DNA of 64,000 bases, from NCBI GenBank assembly GCA_041740355.1, contig JBGSMD010000039.1, forward strand, positions 53,411-117,410, given 5' to 3'. Shown here piece by piece: positions 41,309 through 52,467 of the stretch. Made by a program: the position numbers and the translations under genes. Under the pieces are notes generated by a model. It made no database searches, was not told where the DNA came from, and worked only from the letters and a program-made list of their open reading frames with translations. Origin of the DNA: Bdellovibrionota bacterium (lineage in GTDB: Bacteria > Bdellovibrionota_C > UBA2361 > CALJRW01). Positions within the stretch are counted from its first letter, which is position 1, and each line of letters starts with the position of its first letter.

Positions 41309-42141
41309 ACTAACTTCCATTTAAAATGCGAGTACAAGACTTTACGGAAGATTTCACTGTCAATTTCCTTTCCAGTATATAAAAGGAATTGCTCTTTAGC
41401 TTGCTGGGTAAACATCTCCACACCATGAATTGTTTTTGCACCTTGAGATTTAGCATCACGAAGGAGTGCGGTAGACTCTTGATTATAGATACAATCAAAA
41501 ATGATCTGCTCTTTCTTGATTAACTTTTTCAAAACTGGTGAAGCATCATTAGGATCAAGTCCAATGGAAGTGCAATTAATAATGATATCGAATTCAGCTA
41601 ATTCTGATAAAGTTTCCCACGAACCATGTTCTACCGAGAATTCCTCGGCTAAGTCTTCGGCTTTACTAGCTGTTCGATTAAAAATCTTAACATTCGCCTC
41701 GGCGGAACTCATCGCATAAATTGCTGCTCGGGCAGCTCCGCTGGCGCCAAGAATTGCAACTGATTTGCCTGTCAAATGAGTTATCTCTTCCAGTGGCCTA
41801 AGAATTCCTAAATAGTCGGTGTTCTCTGCGTGCCAAGTGGAATTCTTACGTATTAATGTATTAGCAGCACCAATCTTATCTACTGCCCAAGAAGATGTAC
41901 CAGCAAAAGGTAAACAATTAATCTTATGAGGTAGAGTAACGCTAACTCCCACTGCACCAAGTTGTGCTAGGGTTTCTAGACCGGAATCAAGATCTTCGGG
42001 TTTAATTGGAAAGGCTCGAAAACTATACTCATTCTGAATACCGAGTGCTTCGTAACCAGCATTATGAATTAATGGGGAAAGACTATGTTCAATTGGATAA
42101 CCAATTACACAACATAATTTAGGTGTTTTAGTTACTGGCAT
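41305..42141 (-). CDS. aroE: Shikimate dehydrogenase
   Basis: HSLSP, VTLPHK, GAANT, NTDY, GASGAA, NRT. Confidence 0.95.
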   Translation of the reverse strand: MPVTKTPKLCCVIGYPIEHSLSPLIHNAGYEALGIQNEYSFRAFPIKPEDLDSGLETLAQLGAVGVSVTLPHKINCLPFAGTSSWAVDKIGAANTLIRKNSTWHAENTDYLGILRPLEEITHLTGKSVAILGASGAARAAIYAMSSAEANVKIFNRTASKAEDLAEEFSVEHGSWETLSELAEFDIIINCTSIGLDPNDASPVLKKLIKKEQIIFDCIYNQESTALLRDAKSQGAKTIHGVEMFTQQAKEQFLLYTGKEIDSEIFRKVLYSHFKWKLV

Positions 42142-42635
42142 AAAATTAATTTAATTTCTTGGGCAACTTGTTGAATGCTAAAGATATCAGTATCAATCGT
42201 GTAGTCGGCGACTTCTTGATATCTGTCTTGTCTTTCTTGATATAAACTCTGTGCACGATTTAAATCTAAAAATAGTGGCCGGGATTTATCATCTGCAAGA
42301 CGAATTTTAATATTATTAAAACTTGTCTTTAAGTAAAAAACGCTAAGGTCGGATTCTTTTAGCAACAACAAATTATAATTATTTGCTAAAATACCACCAC
42401 CAGTTGAGAGAACAAAATCATCATCTTCATCCAAAGTTTTCTCTAATAACTCTGATTCAATTTTTCGGAAAGCTTGCTCGCCTTCAGCTTTAAATAATTC
42501 AGCCACACTGGCATATTCAGTTTTAGTTAAAATCTCCCGATCTAATTCAATTAACTTCAAACTTAAATCATTTGCGACAATCTCAGCAACGGACGTTTTG
42601 CCTGAACCCATAAATCCAACTAAAACTATTTTCAT
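42132..42635 (-). CDS. aroK: Shikimate kinase
   Basis: GFMGSGKT, FRKIE, STGGG, RPL; ATGA overlap with the aroB-aroA stop. Confidence 0.93.
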   Translation of the reverse strand: MKIVLVGFMGSGKTSVAEIVANDLSLKLIELDREILTKTEYASVAELFKAEGEQAFRKIESELLEKTLDEDDDFVLSTGGGILANNYNLLLLKESDLSVFYLKTSFNNIKIRLADDKSRPLFLDLNRAQSLYQERQDRYQEVADYTIDTDIFSIQQVAQEIKLILCQ

Positions 42636-45019
42636 ACGATACTTAACCCACAAACTTCAATTTGCTGCCAAAAATCAGGAAAAGATTTACTTACCACCTG
42701 AGGATCAGCAATTTTTATTTCAGGATAAATCGAAGCTAAAATTGCAAAGGACATTGCCATCCGATGATCATCATAAGTTTCAATTACCACTCCAGTCGTT
42801 GGGATCTGAATTGTCCCGCCAAAGATTTCAATAAAATCATCTCCAACAACTGTCTTAATATTTAACTTTTTTAACTCTTGAGATAAAGCCCTTAAACGAT
42901 CAGTTTCCTTATTTTTTAGGGTGCTAAGGCCAGTCAAGCGACTTGTTCCAGGAATTAGGCTAGCTAAAACTGCCAAGGTTTGAGCAGAATCGGGTAATTG
43001 CTCCAAATCAGCATGAATTGCTTGAAGATTACTTTGTCCCTTAACGGCGATACTTCGCTCTCCCCTTTCAATCTGACAACCAATTTTTTCCAAAATGGGT
43101 ATTAAATCTAAGTCCCCTTGCTTTGACTCTGGTGAAATATTATTCACTGTAATCGTCTGCCCCGTTGCCGCAGCCAAACACCAAAAGTATCCCGCACCGG
43201 TAGCATCACCATCAATTTGATAGGCTTCCGCCTTAGGTAAAGAATCAAATATTAAAAAATAATTTCCTTCTTGTTCAATAACATTAACCCCAAAGTCATT
43301 CATCACTTGTAAAGTTAAATCGATGTAAGACTTTGATATTAAATCACCAATAATATTAATCTCCACGCTGGTTGCAAGTGAAGGCGCAGAAAGCATTAGT
43401 GAGGAAAGAAACTGACTACTAATATCTGCTTTAATATCAACATTAAACTTATCTTGCTTTTCACGACCAATAATTTGAAGTGGTGGACAGTTTAGATTTC
43501 CTAGATAATTAATCTCAACTCCTTGGCTAACTAAGGCATCTACTAAATGATTAATTGGGCGCTGATGCATCCGTTCGCTCCCGCGTAATTCCACAATCGA
43601 ACCTGGCACAGTTGACACAAACGAAGTTAAAAATCTCATCGCTGTTCCAGCTGGACCGACATCGATTATCCCTTGATAGGCTGTTAATTTGTCAGGACGA
43701 TCTATTAGTAATGTATCTTCCGACCATTCAATTTTAATTCCAAATTTACGAAGTGCCTCGATTACGACCTGCGCGTCATCACAAATTGCTGGGTTATAAA
43801 GAATTGATTTCCCAACAGCCTGGCCTGCTAAAATTAAGGCTCTATTAGTTAAACTCTTGGACCCATTTAAATTAACGCTGGCATCTTTTACTTTCCCCTT
43901 AAGTCCTAAATGAACTTCTTCTTTAGTCTGATGAGAAGTAACTAAATATTTTTCTACAGCTGCTGCTAAATTTTCAGCACTGGCAGATTGATCAATTACT
44001 GCCTCTCCCATTCTCTTTAACAAGACCCATTTAATATCTTGGTTAGAATTTTTCTTATCTGTTAAAAGCTTAGCTTTAAATTCCAACGGATTAATTCTTG
44101 CTTCAACTTTATTAGGAAGATTAAACTTTAAAATTAACTTCTCGATTCTTTTTAAATCATCCTCCGTAATTAATCCTTCTAATACTGCTAACTCACCCTC
44201 AATCAACATTCCCAATCCAACTGCTTCCCCATGAGCTAAGGGATTAGCAGAGTTTAAACAAATGCTTTCTAAAGCGTGTCCTGCCGTATGTCCAAAGTTA
44301 AGAATTTTTCTAAGTCCAGCTTCTTTTGGATCGGAACGGACAACTCCGGCTTTAATCGCAACAGACTTGGCAATTAAATCTGAAAAATTTGCGAAGTCTT
44401 TAACTGGCCACTGAAAATTTTCTAGGTAATCGATAAAACTACTATCGGCAATTAAAGCATGCTTAATATTTTCAGCCATTCCAGAGGATAACTCTCTCGC
44501 TGGCAAGGACTTTAAAGTTTCGGGATTAATCAGAACTGCTTTGGGTTGTTGAAAGGCGCCGAGCAGATTCTTAACATGATTAAAATTGATTCCAGTTTTG
44601 CCTCCAACTGAGGCATCCACTTGAGAAAGCAATGTTGTCGGAGCTTGAATAAAATCGATCCCGCGCATGTAAACACTAGCGGCAAATCCACCTAAGTCAC
44701 CAACTACTCCACCACCAAAATTAATAAGTAGTGAACGGCGGTCTGCTCCATTAAAACTTAATTCATGTAAAACATTTTCCAAAGTTACTAAAGTCTTATG
44801 CTCTTCTCCACTTTGAATTTGAATTAATTTAAAATTCTCTGGTAAGTAATTTGCGATTAACTCCTGACAGTTTTTCCAAACCTCAGAAGTTGTTAATAAA
44901 AATACCTTAGAGTAATTATTATTTGCAGTTAGATTAACTAACTCAGTGTAAGCCCCTGCTCCAATGATTAATTGATAACTTGCGGACTCTGCTGGAAGAT
45001 CAATACCCAAGCGAAACAT
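42632..45019 (-). CDS. Fused 3-dehydroquinate synthase / EPSP synthase (AroB-AroA)
   Basis: N-half GGGVVGDLGGF, DASVGGK, LNFGHT, HGEAV; C-half SKSLTNRAL, AGTAMRF, SSQFLS, KETDR, DDHRMAM. Confidence 0.93.
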   Translation of the reverse strand: MFRLGIDLPAESASYQLIIGAGAYTELVNLTANNNYSKVFLLTTSEVWKNCQELIANYLPENFKLIQIQSGEEHKTLVTLENVLHELSFNGADRRSLLINFGGGVVGDLGGFAASVYMRGIDFIQAPTTLLSQVDASVGGKTGINFNHVKNLLGAFQQPKAVLINPETLKSLPARELSSGMAENIKHALIADSSFIDYLENFQWPVKDFANFSDLIAKSVAIKAGVVRSDPKEAGLRKILNFGHTAGHALESICLNSANPLAHGEAVGLGMLIEGELAVLEGLITEDDLKRIEKLILKFNLPNKVEARINPLEFKAKLLTDKKNSNQDIKWVLLKRMGEAVIDQSASAENLAAAVEKYLVTSHQTKEEVHLGLKGKVKDASVNLNGSKSLTNRALILAGQAVGKSILYNPAICDDAQVVIEALRKFGIKIEWSEDTLLIDRPDKLTAYQGIIDVGPAGTAMRFLTSFVSTVPGSIVELRGSERMHQRPINHLVDALVSQGVEINYLGNLNCPPLQIIGREKQDKFNVDIKADISSQFLSSLMLSAPSLATSVEINIIGDLISKSYIDLTLQVMNDFGVNVIEQEGNYFLIFDSLPKAEAYQIDGDATGAGYFWCLAAATGQTITVNNISPESKQGDLDLIPILEKIGCQIERGERSIAVKGQSNLQAIHADLEQLPDSAQTLAVLASLIPGTSRLTGLSTLKNKETDRLRALSQELKKLNIKTVVGDDFIEIFGGTIQIPTTGVVIETYDDHRMAMSFAILASIYPEIKIADPQVVSKSFPDFWQQIEVCGLSIV

Positions 45020-47046
45020 TAGTAATCTCCCCAAGGGGTATTAGCTAAATCCCTCATCAATTTTTCCATTTGATGAAAACGTAATGCTTGTGGCCCGTCA
45101 CTTAAAGCTTTCTCTGGCTCAGGATGAAATTCAACTATAATTCCATGCGCCCCAATAGCTTTAGCGGCAATCGCCATTGCTGGCACCAAGTCCCGAACTC
45201 CTGCCGCATGCGATGGGTCAATAATAATTGGTAAATGACTACGACGCTTAATTAATGGAACAGCACTTAAATCCAAAGTAAATCTAGTTGCTGTCTCGAA
45301 AGTTCTAATTCCTCTTTCACAAAACATAACTTGCAAGTTACCTTGAGCTAAGATGTACTCTGCAGCATCAAGCATGTCATTAATTGTCGAACTCATTCCA
45401 CGTTTTAATAAAACTGGTTTTTGAGTTTTTCCAATCTCGGCCAACAAAGTAAAGTTCTGCATATTCCTTGCACCAACTTGAATGATATCAGTCTTGGCAG
45501 CAACTTTATGAACATCTTCTGTCGACATTACTTCCGTAATAATCGGCATGTGATATTTATTGCCCGCTTCAACTAACATATCAAGTCCTTCATATCCTAA
45601 ACCTTGGAAACTATAAGGCGAGGTTCTGGGCTTGAAACAACCTCCACGTAAAATTTGGCAACCAGTGCTACTAGCAAGTTCAGCACAATCCATAATCTGC
45701 TGGTAGGACTCCACTGAACATGGTCCAGACATTACAGTAAAAGACTTCCCACCAATCTTAACTCCCTTAACTTCAATTATGGTGTCTTCTTGTTTATAAT
45801 CACGACTACTAATTAAAGATGAAGATTTTTTTGCAGCTACAGGTGTTTTATCTGTTGGTGCAGGTTCAACTTTCTTTTCATCAACTTGCGATGGCAACTT
45901 AACTTGAACAGCTTCAACATCCGGAATTGGATAACAACCAAGAACTCGAATAAACTTACTTTGCTTGCCAACTTCTTCTAAGGCTAGTCTTACTCTTTCA
46001 TCCTGCAGATTTCCTTGAAGATCAACGTAAAACATCTCTTCCCAATTATTTCCGGCAACAGGTCGAGACTCTAACTTAGTTAAGTTGATCTCATAATTTT
46101 TGAATATGCTTAGCGCATCAGCAAGTGCACCTGGAACTTGTTGTGTAGAGAAAACAATTGAAGTTTTAGCAGGTACTCTCAAATCAACTTTCACTGGTTT
46201 TCTAGCAATCACAATAAAGCGAAAGAAAACTTCCTTTTGGTTACTAATATTTTCAGCAATAACGTTTAATCCCACAATGTCTTCAATCAATTTTCCAGTA
46301 AGTCCTGCGATACCCGCTTGGTTTAGCTCCCGAATCTTATCCACTGCATTTTCATAGTCTGCAAGGTAGCGAATCTTTAAACCATTCTCAGCTAAGAAAT
46401 TACGACAAAGCATCACATCCCTTGGATGGCAGTAAACTTCCTTAATTGATTTAATTGTTTCCCCGACTAAAGCTACTAAACAAGTTTCAATTTGAACTTT
46501 TACTTCACCAACAATCTGATTTTGTGCATTTAACAAGAAATCATAAACTTCGTTATTTGCCCCAGCTATCGTGTTCTCAATTGGTACTATTCCATAATCT
46601 GTCTTCCCGAGTTGCACTTCTTCAAAAACGTCTTTAATTGTTTCACACAGATTGTAATTAAGACTTGTGTTAGTAAAATGTTTCTTGGCAGCTTCGGTGT
46701 TGTACTTAACATAAGCCTGCTGACAGGAAATTTTTAGGGAATCAACCGAAGATTCAGAGTTAATCTTACCTTGTAAGTATTTTCTTTGGATTCGATTGGA
46801 ATCAGCTAAGATTTCTTTAAAAATTGAGTTTACGTAATGATTATCTAAGCCAAGTTCTTTGCTTTTTTTGAAAGCATTTAGCAATACCTCTTGCTCCCGA
46901 GATTCATCTCGAAGGCTATGGTTAGTTTTTTCCTTCTCGCTGACAACTTCAAGAGCTGCTTCCTTCCGTTGTGCTAAAATATCTAATAGCTTAGCATCAA
47001 GATCGCTGATTTTAGTTCTTAAATTATTTAATGTATCTGAAGACAT
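45019..47046 (-). CDS. Fused chorismate mutase / prephenate dehydratase-ACT / DAHP synthase (type I-beta)
   Basis: AroQ (LRTKISDLD, RDESRE), PDT (PIENT) with ACT (GAL, LTKLESRP), DAHPS (GPCSVES, KPRTSPY, GARNMQN, DPSH). Confidence 0.9.
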   Translation of the reverse strand: MSSDTLNNLRTKISDLDAKLLDILAQRKEAALEVVSEKEKTNHSLRDESREQEVLLNAFKKSKELGLDNHYVNSIFKEILADSNRIQRKYLQGKINSESSVDSLKISCQQAYVKYNTEAAKKHFTNTSLNYNLCETIKDVFEEVQLGKTDYGIVPIENTIAGANNEVYDFLLNAQNQIVGEVKVQIETCLVALVGETIKSIKEVYCHPRDVMLCRNFLAENGLKIRYLADYENAVDKIRELNQAGIAGLTGKLIEDIVGLNVIAENISNQKEVFFRFIVIARKPVKVDLRVPAKTSIVFSTQQVPGALADALSIFKNYEINLTKLESRPVAGNNWEEMFYVDLQGNLQDERVRLALEEVGKQSKFIRVLGCYPIPDVEAVQVKLPSQVDEKKVEPAPTDKTPVAAKKSSSLISSRDYKQEDTIIEVKGVKIGGKSFTVMSGPCSVESYQQIMDCAELASSTGCQILRGGCFKPRTSPYSFQGLGYEGLDMLVEAGNKYHMPIITEVMSTEDVHKVAAKTDIIQVGARNMQNFTLLAEIGKTQKPVLLKRGMSSTINDMLDAAEYILAQGNLQVMFCERGIRTFETATRFTLDLSAVPLIKRRSHLPIIIDPSHAAGVRDLVPAMAIAAKAIGAHGIIVEFHPEPEKALSDGPQALRFHQMEKLMRDLANTPWGDY

Positions 47047-47205
47047 AGTATCTGAATATAAAATTTAAATGACTGGCGAATTGTGTAGGCTTGGTGATAT
47101 TTGGTGCTTAGGCACCAAAATATAGAACGAAGGGAAAAGAATGCATAAACTTAGAATTCATAACGACAAAATAGGATATTATAGTCAACAAATCAAGTAG
47201 AAAAA

Positions 47206-47874
47206 ATGCGTGAAATAAAAGATTTTGGTCCAATTTATGCCGAAACAAATCTGGACTTATTTATAGTTGAGCCCTTTAATACCTTCTCCAATCTAATCTT
47301 TTTAGTAATCATTATTTACTGGTCTAGAAAAACAAAATTCCGCTTTAAAGATTATCCCCTAATTGTTTTTTGCTTACCAATTTTATTTATTGGATTTGTA
47401 GGTGGCTCCATTTTTCATGCTACCAGAAGTCATAGCATCTGGTTGATATTGGATTTCGTCCCGATCATGATTTTAACAATTACCGCAGCAGTTCGCTTTT
47501 GGCAGATGATTACTAACAGTAAGATTTGGGGAACGTTATGCCCCCTAGCAATCATTTTTCTTACCAGAACTTTTGCCCAAGTAATTGACTTACCTCGTAA
47601 CGTTCGAATTAGTTTTGGCTACTTGGGGCTGAGCATTGCTATTCTCCTTCCCGCTTTCCTATATTCTTACAGGAATGATTTCATTGGCTTAAAACAACTA
47701 CTTTTTTCAATCACTTTCATTATTATTGCTTTAATCTTTAGAGCAAGCGATCAATATTTCGGTCAATTTATACCAATGGGAACGCATTTTCTGTGGCATA
47801 TTTTCGGTGCTTTGAGCGTTCATTTTTTAATTAGTTTTATATTTTTGACTAAGACCAAGATACCAGTATCATAA
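47206..47874 (+). CDS. CREST superfamily (ceramidase-like) membrane hydrolase
   Basis: EPFNTFSN, SIFHAT, LDFVP, THFLWH; about 7 TM helices. Confidence 0.75.
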   Translation: MREIKDFGPIYAETNLDLFIVEPFNTFSNLIFLVIIIYWSRKTKFRFKDYPLIVFCLPILFIGFVGGSIFHATRSHSIWLILDFVPIMILTITAAVRFWQMITNSKIWGTLCPLAIIFLTRTFAQVIDLPRNVRISFGYLGLSIAILLPAFLYSYRNDFIGLKQLLFSITFIIIALIFRASDQYFGQFIPMGTHFLWHIFGALSVHFLISFIFLTKTKIPVS

Positions 47875-47881
47875 CCAAACT

Positions 47882-48775
47882 ATGAATTTTAAACTTGGAC
47901 AAGCATCGCTTACGGCCTTGGCATTGGCTTTTTTACCAGCATGCGAGAAGAAAAATAGTACTAGCCCAACACCAAACACTAAAACCTCCATTTCTTCGAC
48001 GAGCCTTCCCCCTTCAGGTTTTAACTTTACTAGAGATCCCAATTACATTGCTTGGAGAAAACTCCAAATTAGTCCCACTTCTCCTGATTTTAATGCAAGA
48101 ATTTCCAAGGTAAAATCTGCAATCATAAACTTTGTTCCAACTGTTGCAGCTGAACAAACTTTACAAGACAAACTCACACCGGAACGAGCGGCAGCCTGGA
48201 TTCTCACTGTTTCTGCTCATCAAAATAACACCTCGAAAGCATTAAATAGTATTGCTAGTACAATTGATCCAAAGCTTCTAACTCCAAAATGTTCTCTGGA
48301 TGATCCCAATCGAAATACTATCTTCTTTAGACATGCATATGAACTTGGAAAGACATTTTTAAGTGAGCCCAATTATTCAAAGATCATTCTCCAGCATTTT
48401 GGTCAAGATGAACTGGACTGCTTAGAAATCAATTCCAGCATGTTAATAGCTCAACAAATGTTGGTAAATCCCTACCTCAAGGTTGGTGAAAAGATAACTC
48501 TGGCTCCAACCTTTGGAATGATAGTTGATGATCGTTTATTTAAAAATGGTGGGCAGCACATCTCAATCGGTGCGAGTTTTACCCCTAATATTGAACAATA
48601 TTATGATGCCTCAATGCTAAATCTACCTAATCAAGTGAATCAAATAAGTGCGCAAGATCCAAGATGGATTGCAATTGCTGGGTATTACTTAGTGATGACT
48701 AAAAAGGAAGATCGGATTAAAATTGACAGGTCCGAACCGCAGCTTTTTTGTATTCCAGAATATTCGAGTAGCTAA
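47882..48775 (+). CDS. Hypothetical lipoprotein
   Basis: LPAC lipobox followed by a Ser/Thr/Pro linker. Confidence 0.6.
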   Translation: MNFKLGQASLTALALAFLPACEKKNSTSPTPNTKTSISSTSLPPSGFNFTRDPNYIAWRKLQISPTSPDFNARISKVKSAIINFVPTVAAEQTLQDKLTPERAAAWILTVSAHQNNTSKALNSIASTIDPKLLTPKCSLDDPNRNTIFFRHAYELGKTFLSEPNYSKIILQHFGQDELDCLEINSSMLIAQQMLVNPYLKVGEKITLAPTFGMIVDDRLFKNGGQHISIGASFTPNIEQYYDASMLNLPNQVNQISAQDPRWIAIAGYYLVMTKKEDRIKIDRSEPQLFCIPEYSSS

Positions 48776-48840
48776 TATCTTAAGATTGCTAAGATTTGAT
48801 ATATTTTTTAAAAATGTATATTATCTAATTCTATTCAAAT

Positions 48841-48916
48841 GCCGACTTAGCTCAATTGGTAGAGCAACTGATTTGTAATCAGTAGGTTTTGGGTTCAAGT
48901 CCCTAAGTCGGCTCCA
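48841..48916 (+). tRNA. tRNA-Thr(TGT)
   Basis: GCCGACT/AGTCGGC stem, ACTGA-TTTGTAA-TCAGT anticodon arm, GTTCAAG, CCA end. Confidence 0.97.
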
Positions 48917-49079
48917 GTTTCCCTTTTATTCCTTAATAGTTATCTCTCCCAATGACTTTTATGCTTACTCAAATATAATTGAGATTGTCTGCTTTAAGGT
49001 TTTCTCGGATAGCTAAATATAACTTCTTGCAGCTAATTACTGCTTAGGTATATTCTACAACTAATCTTTTAATCAATAA

Positions 49080-50060
<981 letters not shown>

Positions 50061-50701
50061 TCAAGAATTTAATTATACTCCGAGTCACAAAACAATTTGT
50101 CACTCGGATTTTTCACCTTGAACCAAACATACAACTTTCTAAACAATTTCTAGATTATTATTCTACTTTTACCCACTTATTTCGGTGGGGATCCTTATTC
50201 TATAACTGTTTTCCAGTTCTGATCTAAATAGAAACGTCTTAGTCTTCCGCATTTGATTTTAAATTCAGGTTCTGCAGGAAATTCAGTATTATTAGTTGAT
50301 TCCATTTATCGAAATTTTAATCGGTTGATTACTTGTTCGATAAAAGAAACACTTAGTTGTGTAATATTTTAGGTTGGCTCAAAAAAAATAATATGCTCTG
50401 AGTTCACTGCAAGGGCGATTTCTGTTGGAGTATAGGCATCAAGAATTATTTGCAGTTCTTCTTCACTATATGAGGTCTTACAAAAATATTGGAAAGCTGA
50501 AAGTCGCTTAGAGTGATAATAATGTTGGGTGGCACAAGAATGAATGATGAGAATGATGAAGAATGACTCGAGATAATGGATATCTGATTTATTTCTTATT
50601 TCTTTTTGATATCTATCGACTAGCTAACTGAATTCTATTATATTAGCCACCTTTTTATATACTAATTTAAGAATGAATTAGTAAAATCATAATTTGTTAC
50701 C

Positions 50702-51031
50702 ATGACCCTTGCTGTACATACCCAATTTTCCATTGATACTATTCTTACCGATTTACAGTCGCTGAAACCTCAGGAACTATCCAACGCTTCATTGTCTCCA
50801 ATTGTTGATCAATTAATGTCCCTAGAAAATAAAAACCTTACCACAGAGAATGTTCGAACTCTGCATCAGATAGGACAATCTTTAATGGAAGCCTGCTCAG
50901 GCACCAGCTCTCCAGAGGAGAGATTTGCAAATCTTGCCTCTTATATTTTAACACACAGACGTTTGCCTGATAAACGAGGTCTCTTGGGTTTGCAATTAAT
51001 GAGGGGCGGCTCTTTTTTTGGAAATGTGTAA
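50702..51031 (+). CDS. Hypothetical protein
   Basis: ORF only. Confidence 0.5.
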   Translation: MTLAVHTQFSIDTILTDLQSLKPQELSNASLSPIVDQLMSLENKNLTTENVRTLHQIGQSLMEACSGTSSPEERFANLASYILTHRRLPDKRGLLGLQLMRGGSFFGNV

Positions 51032-51305
51032 AAAACTTTCATAAAACTTAGTAGAAAATGGCTCATTTTCACTAGGTGTTAGAGCTGCGCTCTTCATATT
51101 CACCTTTCACCTTGAGTTGCTGTGTAGAGATCGTAAACAAAGAAAAAATAGGAATTGAATCGTATTTTCCATGAATTACCTCCACTTAGTGCTTCTAGTT
51201 CAAATAATTCCAGCTACTGTGAGGCAAAATCTCCCCCATTTATATAATAGACAAAGATATCATCACTCATTAAAATGAAAGCGATTTTTAATTTTTAATT
51301 TCAAT

Positions 51306-51767
51306 ATGCTTTCAAAATATTTATCATTATTATTTTTATTACTTTTAAGTAGTGTGATTTCTTGCACTGATTCAGATGAAAACAATGAAAGTTCATCAGA
51401 TGAAGTAATAGAACTTGAAGATACCTTAATTGAGAAGACCGAGCTATTTACGGATGGGCCTAATGGTAATTTATGGAAACCTGTATCTGAGAATAATGGA
51501 AATGTTGTGGTTCTTTTTAATCCATCTTACAGAAAAGTCTTTGACGGAGGTTGTACTTTAGAATTAAATGATGGGACATTTTCTCCAATGTATTGTGGAT
51601 TTGGTGGTTTAGATTGTTTTACGAATCCTAATCGTTTGACAATGAGAAGCAACGTAAAATGTTCAAATGTAAAAGAAGTAAAAGTTGTTTGTCAAGATTT
51701 AGATCAAATTGTAACCTTTACTGTAACACCTGATAAATTGAACCAAATATGCACTAGACATGACTAA
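51306..51767 (+). CDS. Hypothetical Cys-containing lipoprotein
   Basis: VISC lipobox, acidic linker, DGPNGNLWKPVSE motif, six further Cys. Confidence 0.7.
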   Translation: MLSKYLSLLFLLLLSSVISCTDSDENNESSSDEVIELEDTLIEKTELFTDGPNGNLWKPVSENNGNVVVLFNPSYRKVFDGGCTLELNDGTFSPMYCGFGGLDCFTNPNRLTMRSNVKCSNVKEVKVVCQDLDQIVTFTVTPDKLNQICTRHD

Positions 51768-52467
51768 TTTCTTCAAGAGAATCTATAACTTCTTCTTGGT
51801 AAATTAATAGGACATGCTGTTCAATAAGTTGTTCTAAAGCAACTAGAATTCGCAACTCTGCCTTAATATATTTAGTGTCAGGCAAAAAATCCCGACATAC
51901 TAAGTTTAAAAGCATTCCATAAATTTTAGTAGCTCTTTGAGATTGTCTATTATTACAATTATGTGAGCATAAATTAAATTTGCAATTTGATGACTAATTT
52001 TCGAGGGGTGTTGTTTATAGGAGCAAATTATTGTTGCTTTTGTTAAAAATATTACTAAAGAATTTCTAGTCAAACATACTTCCCTACGCCTCGCTTATGT
52101 TTACAAAGTGAATTACATTATTTCGAATCAACTTTCTGAGGTGTGGAATAAAGACATATTTTTAGTGAATGCCTATATCCACTTAAGTAATAAAAGTTGC
52201 TTAGAGTCAAAATAAAGTTTGTTGGCACTAATCCCAAGCAGCTTATACAAAATTACAGTGGGATTGAGATTAAAGCCCTTAATAAGAAGAAAACACCTTA
52301 ATTTGAGCAAATTAGTCCCTAGCAAATGCTTTCTCTCAAGAAAAGTGTAAATAAATTGAGCACTTAGCACCTAAACTAGTTTGAATGGTTTGCTGACACG
52401 CTGGAATCAAAACAAGCAAGAGATTTGATAAGTACCTTAGAATAATCTGTTTTTATTAAAAATATAC

